The position numbers and the translations under genes are program-made. Under the pieces are notes generated by a model, which saw nothing but the letters and a program-made list of their open reading frames with translations, searched no databases and was not told where the DNA came from. Positions 32,092 through 39,969 of a DNA stretch of 39,969 nt are shown in pieces. Within the stretch, counting starts at the first letter, position 1, and every line of letters starts with the position of its first letter. The stretch is from an uncultured bacterium (GTDB taxonomy: Bacteria > Armatimonadota > Zipacnadia > Zipacnadales > UBA5352): NCBI GenBank assembly GCA_965603135.1, contig CBFDBV010000002.1, positions 1 to 39,969 of the forward strand, in the 5' to 3' direction.

Positions 32092-33426
32092 GTGTTCGAG
32101 ACGCTCACAGAGCGGCTCCAGCAGGCCTTCAAGCACCTCAGCGGCCGCGGCAAGATCCGCGAGAAAGGCATCCGCTCGGGCCTCAAAGAGGTGCAGACGG
32201 CGCTTCTGGAGGCGGACGTCAACTACGAGGTCGTCAAGGACTTCGTTAAGCGCGTGCAGCAGAAGGCGCTGGGGGCGGACATCCTCAGCGGCCTCAACCC
32301 CACCCATCAGATCGTCAAGATCGTGCACGACGAGCTGGTTGAGCTGCTCGGCTCGCAGGAGGCGGGCATCAAGTTCGCCGCCCAGCCGCCCACCGTGATC
32401 CTGCTGTGCGGTCTTCAGGGCAGCGGCAAGACCACCTGTGCGGGCAAGCTGGCGCTGCGGCTCAAGGGTGAGGGGCGGCGCTGTCTTCTCTGCGCAACCG
32501 ACGTCTACCGGCCCGCCGCCATCGAGCAGTTGCGCCAGGTCGGCGAGCAGGTCGGCACCGAGACCTTCTCGCTGGGCGAGGGCGACCCGGTGCAGATCAC
32601 CCGCGCGGCCGTGGCGTATGCCCGCGAGAAGACCCACGATGTGCTCATCGTGGATACGGCGGGCCGTCTGCACATTGACGAGGAGATGATGCAGGAGCTG
32701 GCAGACCAGGCGGCGGTCCTTGACGACCCCGAGGTGCTCCTGGTTGTTGACGCGATGACCGGCCAGGAGGCCCTGAGCGTCGCCACGCAGTTCGCCGAGA
32801 CGCTCGACCTGGACGGCCTCGTCCTCACGAAGCTCGATGGCGATGCTCGCGGCGGGGCGGCGCTCTCGGCGCGCGCCGTCACCGGCAAGCCCATCAAGCT
32901 CGTGGGCGTCGGTGAGAAGATGGACGCCCTGGAGGTGTTCCATCCCGAGCGGATGGCCTCCAGAATCCTGGGCATGGGCGATGTACTCACCCTGGTCGAG
33001 AAGGCCCAGGGCGCCGTGGACCAGGAGCAGGCACGCAAGCTCCAGGAGCGCCTGCTCAGCGCGCGCTTCGACCTGGAGGACTTTCGCAGCCACCTGCGCA
33101 ACGTGCGCAAGATGGGCCCGCTCGACCAGCTCGTCAAGATGATCCCCGGGATGACTCAGCAGATGCCCGGGCTCAGCGAGGCCGACTTCGATGAGCGCGA
33201 GTTCGACCAGATTGACGCCATCATCGGCTCGATGACGAAAGAGGAGCGCCGCAAGCCGGATATGCTCGACGCCAGCAGGAAGCGCCGCATCGCACGCGGC
33301 AGCGGCACTGCTGTGCAGGATATCAACATACTGCTCAAGGAGTTCCGACAACTCTCCAAGATGATGAGCAGCATCGCCAGCGGAGGCAAAGCGACCGTCG
33401 GCGGTACACAGATCGGCTTTCGCTGA
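32092..33426 (+). CDS. ffh: Signal recognition particle protein Ffh
   Basis: (M)FETLTERLQQAFKHLSGRGKI, GLQGSGKTT, DTAGR and TKLDGDARGG, plus the M-domain. GTG start at 32092. Confidence 0.93.
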   Translation: MFETLTERLQQAFKHLSGRGKIREKGIRSGLKEVQTALLEADVNYEVVKDFVKRVQQKALGADILSGLNPTHQIVKIVHDELVELLGSQEAGIKFAAQPPTVILLCGLQGSGKTTCAGKLALRLKGEGRRCLLCATDVYRPAAIEQLRQVGEQVGTETFSLGEGDPVQITRAAVAYAREKTHDVLIVDTAGRLHIDEEMMQELADQAAVLDDPEVLLVVDAMTGQEALSVATQFAETLDLDGLVLTKLDGDARGGAALSARAVTGKPIKLVGVGEKMDALEVFHPERMASRILGMGDVLTLVEKAQGAVDQEQARKLQERLLSARFDLEDFRSHLRNVRKMGPLDQLVKMIPGMTQQMPGLSEADFDEREFDQIDAIIGSMTKEERRKPDMLDASRKRRIARGSGTAVQDINILLKEFRQLSKMMSSIASGGKATVGGTQIGFR

Positions 33427-33486
33427 TCCCGCCACGGAGGGCTTGTGCGCCTTCGCCAGGCGTGACTTGAAGGGAGAGACCGCGGC

Positions 33487-33873
33487 TTGGCCACCAAGAT
33501 CAGACTGAAGAGGATAGGCAGCAAGCACAACCCGCACTTTCGCATCGTGGTCGCCGATTCCAGGACACAACGCGATGGCAGGACGGTCGAGGAGCTGGGC
33601 CATTACAGCCCCAGCAGTGACCCGCCCGACATCACCGTCAATGCCGAGCGAGCGCTGCACTGGCTGCACGTCGGCGCCCAGCCCACCGATACAGTGCGCT
33701 CACTGCTCAAGCAGACGGGCGTGATGGCGCAGTTCCACGGAACGCCCCAGCCGGAGGAGGCCGAGGCCCCCGCAGCCACCAGCGAGGCATCTGGGCCTAC
33801 CGATGATGAGGCGGCCGAGGACGAGACCCAGGACGATTCCGAAGAAGCTGATCCTGCCGAGGCGGGACCGTGA
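33487..33873 (+). CDS. rpsP: 30S ribosomal protein S16 with an acidic C-terminal tail
   Basis: (M)[28 protein letters not shown] start with GAAGGGAGAG upstream. Confidence 0.9.
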   Translation: MATKIRLKRIGSKHNPHFRIVVADSRTQRDGRTVEELGHYSPSSDPPDITVNAERALHWLHVGAQPTDTVRSLLKQTGVMAQFHGTPQPEEAEAPAATSEASGPTDDEAAEDETQDDSEEADPAEAGP

Positions 33874-33967
33874 CCGAGTAACCCGCACTTGCGCCGCTTC
33901 ACAATCTTGCACCCCATCACACACACCTGCCGCAGGCCTTGGCCCGCGAGGGTAGGGGGTAGTCCCC

Positions 33968-34198
33968 ATGCGAGAGCTAGTAGAGCTGATGGTCAAGTCA
34001 CTCGTGGACGACCCGGACCAGGCGCAGGTCAACGAGGTAGCCGGCGAGAGCATCGTCGTGTACGAGGTCTCGGTGGCGGAGAGTGACCTGGGCAAGGTCA
34101 TCGGCAAGGGCGGCCGTATCGCCAACGCTATGCGCACCATCGTCAAGGCAGCCGGGAGCAAGGTTGACAAGAAGGCCACCGTCGAGATCCTGTCGTAG
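33968..34198 (+). CDS. khpA: KH-domain RNA-binding protein (UPF0109, YlqC/KhpA-like)
   Basis: 76 aa with GKVIGKGGRIANAMRTIV, positioned after rpsP. Confidence 0.8.
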   Translation: MRELVELMVKSLVDDPDQAQVNEVAGESIVVYEVSVAESDLGKVIGKGGRIANAMRTIVKAAGSKVDKKATVEILS

Positions 34199-34291
34199 CG
34201 AGCAGGGCGTGCGGGCCACGCGCACTGACGTGGCGCTCAGTGGCCTGCATGCAAAAGCCCCGGCGGCAAGGCGCCATCCGGAGGGTACACT

Positions 34292-34777
34292 ATGCCTGAT
34301 TCCGTCACCATCAAACGAGACGTGATTCTCCGCGCCGTCGTTACTGAGCAGCTCAAGCAGGAGATTGACGAGGAGTTCACGGAAGCGATCAACGAGATTG
34401 ACCGCCGCATCACGCAGATAGACATCAGCGGCCGGCAATACGTCACAGAGATGCAGCGCACGAACATCCAGCAGGCCATGGCCCTGCGTCAGCAGCTTGA
34501 GGGCGAGAAGCGCCGCTTTCAGCAGTCCAAGGACCAGCTGATCCAGCGCCAGCGCCAGGTGGCAGACCTTGAGCTGGGCGCGGAGATCATCCGGGGCACA
34601 CTTGAGAGCCACGTGGAACTCAAGCTCGGTGACAGCCTGCAGACGGTGCTTCGGGGCATTGAGGTCGTGGTCAAGGACGACAAAGTGATCGAGGTCCGCG
34701 AGACCCCCGGCGGCATCAGGCCGGAACTGGACGAAGAGGTGACCGCGGAGAGTGCCCCGCAGATCGAGCTGCCCTGA
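34292..34777 (+). CDS. YlqD-like protein
   Basis: 161-aa coiled-coil-rich ORF in the ylqD position between khpA and rimM. GGAGGG lies 8 nt upstream of the ATG. The call rests mainly on synteny. Confidence 0.55.
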   Translation: MPDSVTIKRDVILRAVVTEQLKQEIDEEFTEAINEIDRRITQIDISGRQYVTEMQRTNIQQAMALRQQLEGEKRRFQQSKDQLIQRQRQVADLELGAEIIRGTLESHVELKLGDSLQTVLRGIEVVVKDDKVIEVRETPGGIRPELDEEVTAESAPQIELP

Positions 34778-35276
34778 CGACGAGCATAAGGTGCCCGTCG
34801 CGCGGATACTGAAGCCTCACGGGCTGGAGGGCGAGGTGGTCGTCGAGCTTTGCACGGATGCGCCCGAGCGGCTGACCGAAGCCGGCAGCGTCACGTTCAG
34901 CGCACCCGGTCAGGTCGGGGAGTTCAAGGTTGAGAGCGTCCGCCCCACGACCGGCGAGCGGGCGCTGATGAAGTTCCGCGGGGTAGACGACAGAGACGAG
35001 GCGGAGAGGCTGCGCGGGCGCCTCGTGCAGGTGGACCGGCAGAGCATCCCACCCCCACCTGAGGGGGCTTACTACGACTTCCAGATCGTGGGGCTGCGAG
35101 TCATCACAACCGCCGGCAAGCAACTCGGCCGGGTTACCGAGATCATCCGCACCGGCGCTAATGACATATACGCGACCGACGATGTGCTCATCCCGGCCGT
35201 GGACAATGTCATCGTGGCGATTGACCTCGAGCGCGGCGAGATGACCGTCGAGGAGGTCGAGGGGCTGCTCGGATAG
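34752..35276 (+). CDS. rimM: 16S rRNA processing protein RimM
   Basis: [16 protein letters not shown], and a PRC barrel part with [14 protein letters not shown] 34752 has a GAGGTGA RBS. GTG 34791 is an alternative start. Confidence 0.85.
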   Translation: MPRRSSCPDDEHKVPVARILKPHGLEGEVVVELCTDAPERLTEAGSVTFSAPGQVGEFKVESVRPTTGERALMKFRGVDDRDEAERLRGRLVQVDRQSIPPPPEGAYYDFQIVGLRVITTAGKQLGRVTEIIRTGANDIYATDDVLIPAVDNVIVAIDLERGEMTVEEVEGLLG

Positions 35277-35287
35277 GTGGGGGCGCC

Positions 35288-36031
35288 GTGCGCATAGATG
35301 TCGTGACGATCTTCCCGGAGATGGTGGAGCAGGCGCTGGGCTTCAGCATCATGGAGCGCGCCCGGGCGTCCGGCGTGGTCGAGTTCGGCGTGAGCAATCC
35401 GCGCGACTGGGCCCTGGACCGGCACAGGATGGTGGATGACGCGCCCTACGGCGGCGGGGCGGGGATGGTGATGAAGCCGGAACCGCTCGTGGCTTGCGTC
35501 GAGGCGCTGGTGGGAGAGAACGCGGGCGTGCCCGTCATCTTGATGACGCCGCAGGGCGTGCCCTTCTCGCAGCGCGGCGCGGAGCGCCTGTCGCGGCACG
35601 AGCGCCTGGTCATAGTCTGCGGGCACTACGAGGGCGTTGACGAGCGCGTCCGGGAGACCGTCATAACCGAGGAGATATCGGTCGGGGACTACGTGCTTAC
35701 CGGCGGCGAGTTGCCGGCGCTCGTGGTCATTGACGCGGTCGTGCGCCTGCTGCCGGGGGCGGTGGGCAACGAGCAGTCTCCGGCGTGCGACTCGTTCGCC
35801 GATGGCCTGCTGGAGCACCCACATTACACGCGTCCGCAGGAGTTCCGTGGGCTGCTGGTGCCCCAGGTGCTGAGCCGGGGTCATCACGAGGAGGTCAGGC
35901 GCTGGCGCCGGCAACTGTCGCTCTTGCGCACCTACCGCCGCAGGCCGGATCTACTGGCGCGCGCCGAGCTTACCGAGGAAGACCGCGACCTCCTGGCCGA
36001 GGCCCTCGAAACCATGCGAGACGAGCGATGA
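35288..36031 (+). CDS. trmD: tRNA (guanine37-N1)-methyltransferase TrmD
   Basis: [40 protein letters not shown] and [12 protein letters not shown]. Confidence 0.93.
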   Translation: MRIDVVTIFPEMVEQALGFSIMERARASGVVEFGVSNPRDWALDRHRMVDDAPYGGGAGMVMKPEPLVACVEALVGENAGVPVILMTPQGVPFSQRGAERLSRHERLVIVCGHYEGVDERVRETVITEEISVGDYVLTGGELPALVVIDAVVRLLPGAVGNEQSPACDSFADGLLEHPHYTRPQEFRGLLVPQVLSRGHHEEVRRWRRQLSLLRTYRRRPDLLARAELTEEDRDLLAEALETMRDER

Positions 36032-36068
36032 TCCTGGGCCCGACCCGGGCATACAAGGAGATGCAGAG

Positions 36069-36521
36069 ATGGCTGACCTCATCAAAGAGATGGAGAAGGA
36101 GCACTTGAAGGATGACATCCCGGATTTCGGCCCCGGTGACACGGTGCGAGTCGGAGTTAGGATCACCGAGGGCGCCGGCGAGGAGCAACGCACGCGCATT
36201 CAGCCCTTTGAAGGCGTTGTCATCGGCCGCTCCGGGGCGGGTCTCAGCGAGGGCTTCACGGTACGCCGCGTCACCCACGGCATCGGGGTCGAGCGCAGCT
36301 TCCCTTTGCACTCGCCCACGGTCGCGGGCATCGAGGTGATCCGCCACGGCAAGCCCAGGCGCGCCAAGCTCTACTACCTGCGCAAGCGCATCGGCCGCCG
36401 CGCGCGCGTGAGGGAGCGTGAAGTACGCCACGCCGCGGACGTAGTGCTCACTGACGAGCTGCCTGCAGAGGAGGCGACGGCCGAGACGGCGGACCAAGCG
36501 GCGCCCGAAGCCGAGCAGTAG
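36069..36521 (+). CDS. rplS: 50S ribosomal protein L19 with a C-terminal extension
   Basis: [12 protein letters not shown]...[10 protein letters not shown]...FTVRR...[17 protein letters not shown] lies 8 nt upstream. Confidence 0.92.
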   Translation: MADLIKEMEKEHLKDDIPDFGPGDTVRVGVRITEGAGEEQRTRIQPFEGVVIGRSGAGLSEGFTVRRVTHGIGVERSFPLHSPTVAGIEVIRHGKPRRAKLYYLRKRIGRRARVREREVRHAADVVLTDELPAEEATAETADQAAPEAEQ

Positions 36522-36546
36522 CAACCGCCATCACCTCGCTAGCAAC

Positions 36547-37293
36547 ATGCCAGACACCAACACCTTCCTTGCCTTCGACAACCCGTGGGAAGTCATTGCC
36601 CTCATAGGCGCCATCGTCTGTATACGGGTCGCTGTTCCCCGGATAGGGCCCCTCAGTCGCTGGCGCGCGGGCATACTGGAGTTCGTGGACTCCGGGCTGA
36701 TCGCCGCCCTGCTCGTCTTCTGCATCCTGCGGCCGTTTGTGATCCAGGCCTTCTTCATTCCCTCCGGCTCCATGCAGCCGACCCTGCACGAGGGCGACCG
36801 CATCCTCGTCAATAAGTTCATCTACTTCTTCCGCGAGCCGCGGCCGGAGGAGATCGCCGTCTTCAACGCCCCATCCCAGGCCACGCCGCTCAACAAGGAT
36901 TTCATCAAGCGCGTCGTGGCCGGTCCGGGCGATCGCATCTTCGTTGACGAGGAGGGGCGATTCTGGCGCAACGGCCAGGCCATCGAGGAGCCGTACATAG
37001 CCGAGCCGCCGGACCACCCCTGGCCGCTGGGCGACCGCTACGTGGACCTCACCACGGGCGAGGTGTTCGACTTCGGCATCGCCGAGAACGACGGCCACCA
37101 CTACCTGCAAGTGCCCGGGGACCGCTTTGTCGTCTTCGGCGACAATCGCAATGACTCCAACGACGCCCGCAGGTGGGACTGGCCGCTCTCCGATGGCACC
37201 TACGTCAACGCGCCGCTGCTCGACCGTGCCAACGTCCTCGGCAAGGCCATGGTGATCTTCTGGCCACCTCAGAGAATGCGCATCATTCGCTAG
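36547..37293 (+). CDS. lepB: Signal peptidase I
   Basis: IPSGSMQPTL, FIKRVVAGPGD and GDNRNDSNDAR. Confidence 0.88.
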   Translation: MPDTNTFLAFDNPWEVIALIGAIVCIRVAVPRIGPLSRWRAGILEFVDSGLIAALLVFCILRPFVIQAFFIPSGSMQPTLHEGDRILVNKFIYFFREPRPEEIAVFNAPSQATPLNKDFIKRVVAGPGDRIFVDEEGRFWRNGQAIEEPYIAEPPDHPWPLGDRYVDLTTGEVFDFGIAENDGHHYLQVPGDRFVVFGDNRNDSNDARRWDWPLSDGTYVNAPLLDRANVLGKAMVIFWPPQRMRIIR

Positions 37294-37349
37294 GCTCCCT
37301 TGTCTCCCCACCCAACAAGAGGTTTGTCGGCCCAGCCAATGCGTGAATA

Positions 37350-38021
37350 ATGTACCCGGAAGGTCCCATGCCGATGAGACCGTCCTCGGCTCGCGATGAG
37401 TGGGGCGGCGTGGACGCATGGGCGTACGCACAGGGCTACCAGCGCGTGGCGGGCGTGGACGAGGCCGGCCGAGGCGCCATGGCGGGGCCCGTGGTCGCCG
37501 CGGCGGTGATACTGCCACCTGAGGCCGAACTTGAGCTGGTGGCCGATTCCAAGCAGCTCAGTGCCCGTCAGCGGGAGGCAGCCTACCAGGAGATACGCGC
37601 CCGCGCGGTGAGTTGGGCCGTGGGCGTGGTTGACGCCGAGATGGTGGACCGGCTGAATGTGCTGCGCGCGGCGCATCTGGCGATGAGGCGGGCACTCGTG
37701 GGCCTGAGGCCCGGGCCCGACTTCGCGCTCGTGGACGGGCCCGAGCCTGAGGGGCTGGACACGCCGCACCGGGCCGTGATCCATGGTGACGCGCTCTCGC
37801 CGCTCATAGGCGCGGCCTCCATCGTCGCCAAGGTGAGCAGGGATCGCATCATGGAGCGCCTTGACCTGCTCTACCCGGGCTACGACCTTGCCCGGCATAA
37901 AGGTTACTGCACCCAGGCGCACCGGCAGGCGGTCCAGCAGCGCGGGCCGACCGTCATCCACCGCCGCAGCTTCGCAATCGTTGCTGAGCAATGCACACAG
38001 CATCTGCCCCTGACTGATTGA
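37350..38021 (+). CDS. rnhB: Ribonuclease HII
   Basis: [26 protein letters not shown] and SIVAKVSRD. The start could be one of several nearby Met codons. Confidence 0.88.
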   Translation: MYPEGPMPMRPSSARDEWGGVDAWAYAQGYQRVAGVDEAGRGAMAGPVVAAAVILPPEAELELVADSKQLSARQREAAYQEIRARAVSWAVGVVDAEMVDRLNVLRAAHLAMRRALVGLRPGPDFALVDGPEPEGLDTPHRAVIHGDALSPLIGAASIVAKVSRDRIMERLDLLYPGYDLARHKGYCTQAHRQAVQQRGPTVIHRRSFAIVAEQCTQHLPLTD

Positions 38022-38087
38022 GACCAGTCGGATCCAACACCGGGCGCCCCTTCCCCAGAGGAGCGCTGGCGCTCCAGTCACCGCGCC

Positions 38088-38114
38088 GCCGAGGGCAAGC
38101 CCTCGGCTGGGAAA
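38088..38114. repeat. Palindromic element GCCGAGGGCAAGCCCTCGGCTGGGAAA
   Basis: Same family as 30432-30455 (reverse orientation) and 16260-16286. Confidence 0.8.
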
Positions 38115-38134
38115 GCGGAAATGAGACAACTGTG

Positions 38135-38890
38135 ATGCGCAGAGGGCGCAGCGCAAAGGGCAGAGCGCACAGGCAAAGGGCCGGTGCGGTGGCCCCCATC
38201 CGGCTTCGCCAAGGCGACGGCGGACAGGTTGCCCATTCCCCATTCCCCATTCCCCGCCGTTCGCGCGGCTTCACTCTGATTGAGCTGCTCGTGGTGATAG
38301 CCATCATCGCGATTCTCGCGGCGATGCTCTTTCCCGTGTTCGCCAGAGCACGCGAGAAAGCGCGCGCGGCGCAGTGTATGTCGAACCTCCGCCAGCTCGG
38401 CATTGCCCTCGAGATGTACTCCAGCGACTACGATGAGCTGTTCCCCTTCGCGGTGGACCCCGCGGACGCGGAATTGCCCGAGATCTGGGACGCCTATCCT
38501 GACTGGCAGGCACTGATACCCACTATGCCTCGGCTCAAGGACGCTCTGCTGCCGTACACCAAGGCGCGGGAGATCTGGCACTGCAAGTCCGACACGGGCT
38601 ACACCAAGCTCGAGGGCACCAGCCTGGATCTGAACGGCAAGCCGACCTCCTTCGCGGCCTTCGGCACCTCCTATATGTGGCGCACCGAGGTCGCCTTCCG
38701 GCAGTCCGGGCCCTCGCTGCTGCCGCATCCCTCCGAGACCAACGTCCTCTTCGACGCCCACGGCAGTTGGCACGGCGCCAGCCAGCGCTACGACGAGGGC
38801 CGCTGGAACATGCTCTTCGCCGACGGCCACGTCAAGAGCGTCAACTGCCAGCAGTACGACGAGGCTTGGGCAACGTCGGTCGGCGACTGA
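38135..38890 (+). CDS. Prepilin-type N-terminal cleavage/methylation domain protein with a DUF1559-type C-domain. Start codon uncertain.
   Basis: RSRG|[36 protein letters not shown], and ...[11 protein letters not shown] near the C-terminus. The nearest in-frame canonical starts are GTG 38189 and ATG 38135, which give 26- or 44-aa leaders. Confidence 0.8.
   Translation: MRRGRSAKGRAHRQRAGAVAPIRLRQGDGGQVAHSPFPIPRRSRGFTLIELLVVIAIIAILAAMLFPVFARAREKARAAQCMSNLRQLGIALEMYSSDYDELFPFAVDPADAELPEIWDAYPDWQALIPTMPRLKDALLPYTKAREIWHCKSDTGYTKLEGTSLDLNGKPTSFAAFGTSYMWRTEVAFRQSGPSLLPHPSETNVLFDAHGSWHGASQRYDEGRWNMLFADGHVKSVNCQQYDEAWATSVGD
38232..38255. repeat. Heptamer array CCC ATTCCCC x3
   Basis: ATTCCCC at 38235-41, 38242-48 and 38249-55, the same unit as at 6635-6655. 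It sits in frame directly 5' of the pilin cleavage-site codons. Confidence 0.85.
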
Positions 38891-39042
38891 TGGCACCATC
38901 TCCTTCGGCGTACCCCTCTGCCCCACTCTCCGTGCGCTGAGGCACTTGTCAAGTGCAGCCTGCGCCTGGGAGGTGTCGCTGACACAGGCGGCCAACTACT
39001 CCCCCTGCACAGCCAGCTTCGCCCCAGGAAGAGGGAACAACA

Positions 39043-39822
39043 ATGCTCATCACGACACTCGGCACGGGTCACGGCCTTCACACTCTGTCCCGGTACAGCT
39101 CCTCAACACTGATAGAGACGGACGGCGTCGGCTACCTGGTTGACTGCGGTGAACCAGCCTCGGCGACGCTGCGGCGCTCGGGCAAGGACTTCGCGTCGCT
39201 ACGCGCCCTCTTTGTCACGCACCTGCACGCCGACCACGTGGGCGGGCTGGCGCAGTTCACCTTCATGGTCCGCCATCCGCAGACAACGCAGCCTCTCGCG
39301 TACTGCCTGCCCGCTGAGGGTGTCGAGGTCATCCGGCGCTACCTGGAGGCGCTGTATATGCCGCCCGATCGGGAGCCGTGGGACCTGGAGCTGCGCGGGG
39401 TGCAGCCCGGGCTCTGCTACGAGGACGACTGGCTGCGCGCGACGGCGGTGCCCAACGGCCACATGGGCGCAATCGCGGACAAGGGCTATGAGCCGGACTT
39501 GCCGAACCAGAGGCAGTCGTACGGATACATCTTCGAGCTGGAGGGCAAGCGCATCGCCTTCTCCGGCGACCTGCCGCGGGACCTGGAGGGGCTGGAGGAA
39601 CTGACCGCGCAGCCGCTGGATCTGCTCGCGATGGAGATGACGCACATCAGACCGGAGGAGGCGCTCCCCTTCATCGCCGACAAGCCGATCGAGAAGCTGC
39701 TGCTCATTCACATTCACGACCCGTGGCATGGCGCGGGCGAGGACGTGCTGCGCGATATGTGCTTCGAGTACCTGGACTTCCCGTTCATCATCGCCCGCGA
39801 CGGGACGCAGCTTCAGGTTTGA
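39043..39822 (+). CDS. MBL-fold metallo-hydrolase
   Basis: VTHLHADHVGG motif, 259 aa. Confidence 0.75.
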   Translation: MLITTLGTGHGLHTLSRYSSSTLIETDGVGYLVDCGEPASATLRRSGKDFASLRALFVTHLHADHVGGLAQFTFMVRHPQTTQPLAYCLPAEGVEVIRRYLEALYMPPDREPWDLELRGVQPGLCYEDDWLRATAVPNGHMGAIADKGYEPDLPNQRQSYGYIFELEGKRIAFSGDLPRDLEGLEELTAQPLDLLAMEMTHIRPEEALPFIADKPIEKLLLIHIHDPWHGAGEDVLRDMCFEYLDFPFIIARDGTQLQV

Positions 39823-39893
39823 AGGAGGCGGGGTCTTCCCGGGGAATTCTCCGGGCCAGGGCCCGCATCCTGAGCCCACCTCCAGCCACCCCC

Positions 39894-39913
39894 GGCGGGT
39901 CCGAGGACCCGCC
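39894..39913. repeat. REP-like hairpin GGCGGGTC-CGAG-GACCCGCC followed by the palindrome CGCCGTACGGCG
   Basis: Read directly, downstream of the MBL gene stop. Confidence 0.65.
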
Positions 39914-39969
39914 CGCCGTACGGCGTGCGGGGGGCCCGCACCGCGGGTTCGCAGATGCAAGGAGGCGTT

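Overview
GC-rich bacterial window of 39,969 nt with no rRNA, tRNA or CRISPR array. It has two parts. Part A (1-23.7 kb) is accessory and envelope-related. On the minus strand, an ECF sigma factor (5856-6428) is translationally coupled to a protein whose N-terminus is a zf-HC2 anti-sigma zinc finger fused to a GspE/PilB-type secretion ATPase (4518-5855). This is followed by two sequence-identical tandem copies of a secreted STN-domain protein carrying two CBM-like beta-sandwich repeats (3056-4414, 1588-2952). A second ECF sigma (682-1230) then overlaps, via GTGA, an anti-sigma zf-HC2 domain fused in frame to a pilin-like TM helix and H-X9-DG pseudopilin domain (1-685). That ORF is absent from the ORF track because it runs off the window. 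Further along Part A are queH plus a Cys-phosphatase, a DUF4432/mutarotase-like gene, two large secreted glycan-related proteins, a lipoprotein, a prepilin-type H-X9-DG protein behind a near-consensus promoter, two polytopic YfhO-like membrane proteins, and a LonC-like protease with degenerate Walker motifs. Part B (24-38 kb, plus strand) is housekeeping in Bacillus-like order: rimP-nusA-infB-DUF503-rbfA-nrnA-truB-ribF, then ffh-rpsP-khpA-ylqD-rimM-trmD-rplS-lepB-rnhB, another H-X9-DG prepilin and an MBL-fold hydrolase. Three related families of short GC-rich repeats run through the intergenic DNA: period-7 arrays that occur as complementary arm pairs, GGCGGGC..GCCCGCC hairpins with flanking direct repeats, and a GCCGAGGGC..GCCCTCGGC palindrome. 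They abut ribosome-binding sites, supply the last codons and stop codons of several genes, and one copy lies in frame inside truB. The most interesting candidate is the double ECF sigma locus in which both anti-sigma domains are fused to type II secretion/type IV pilus parts (motor ATPase and pseudopilin), next to duplicated STN-CBM exoproteins. All functional calls rest on motif recognition by eye, not on database searches. The lineage guess (Armatimonadota-like or similar) is inference only.
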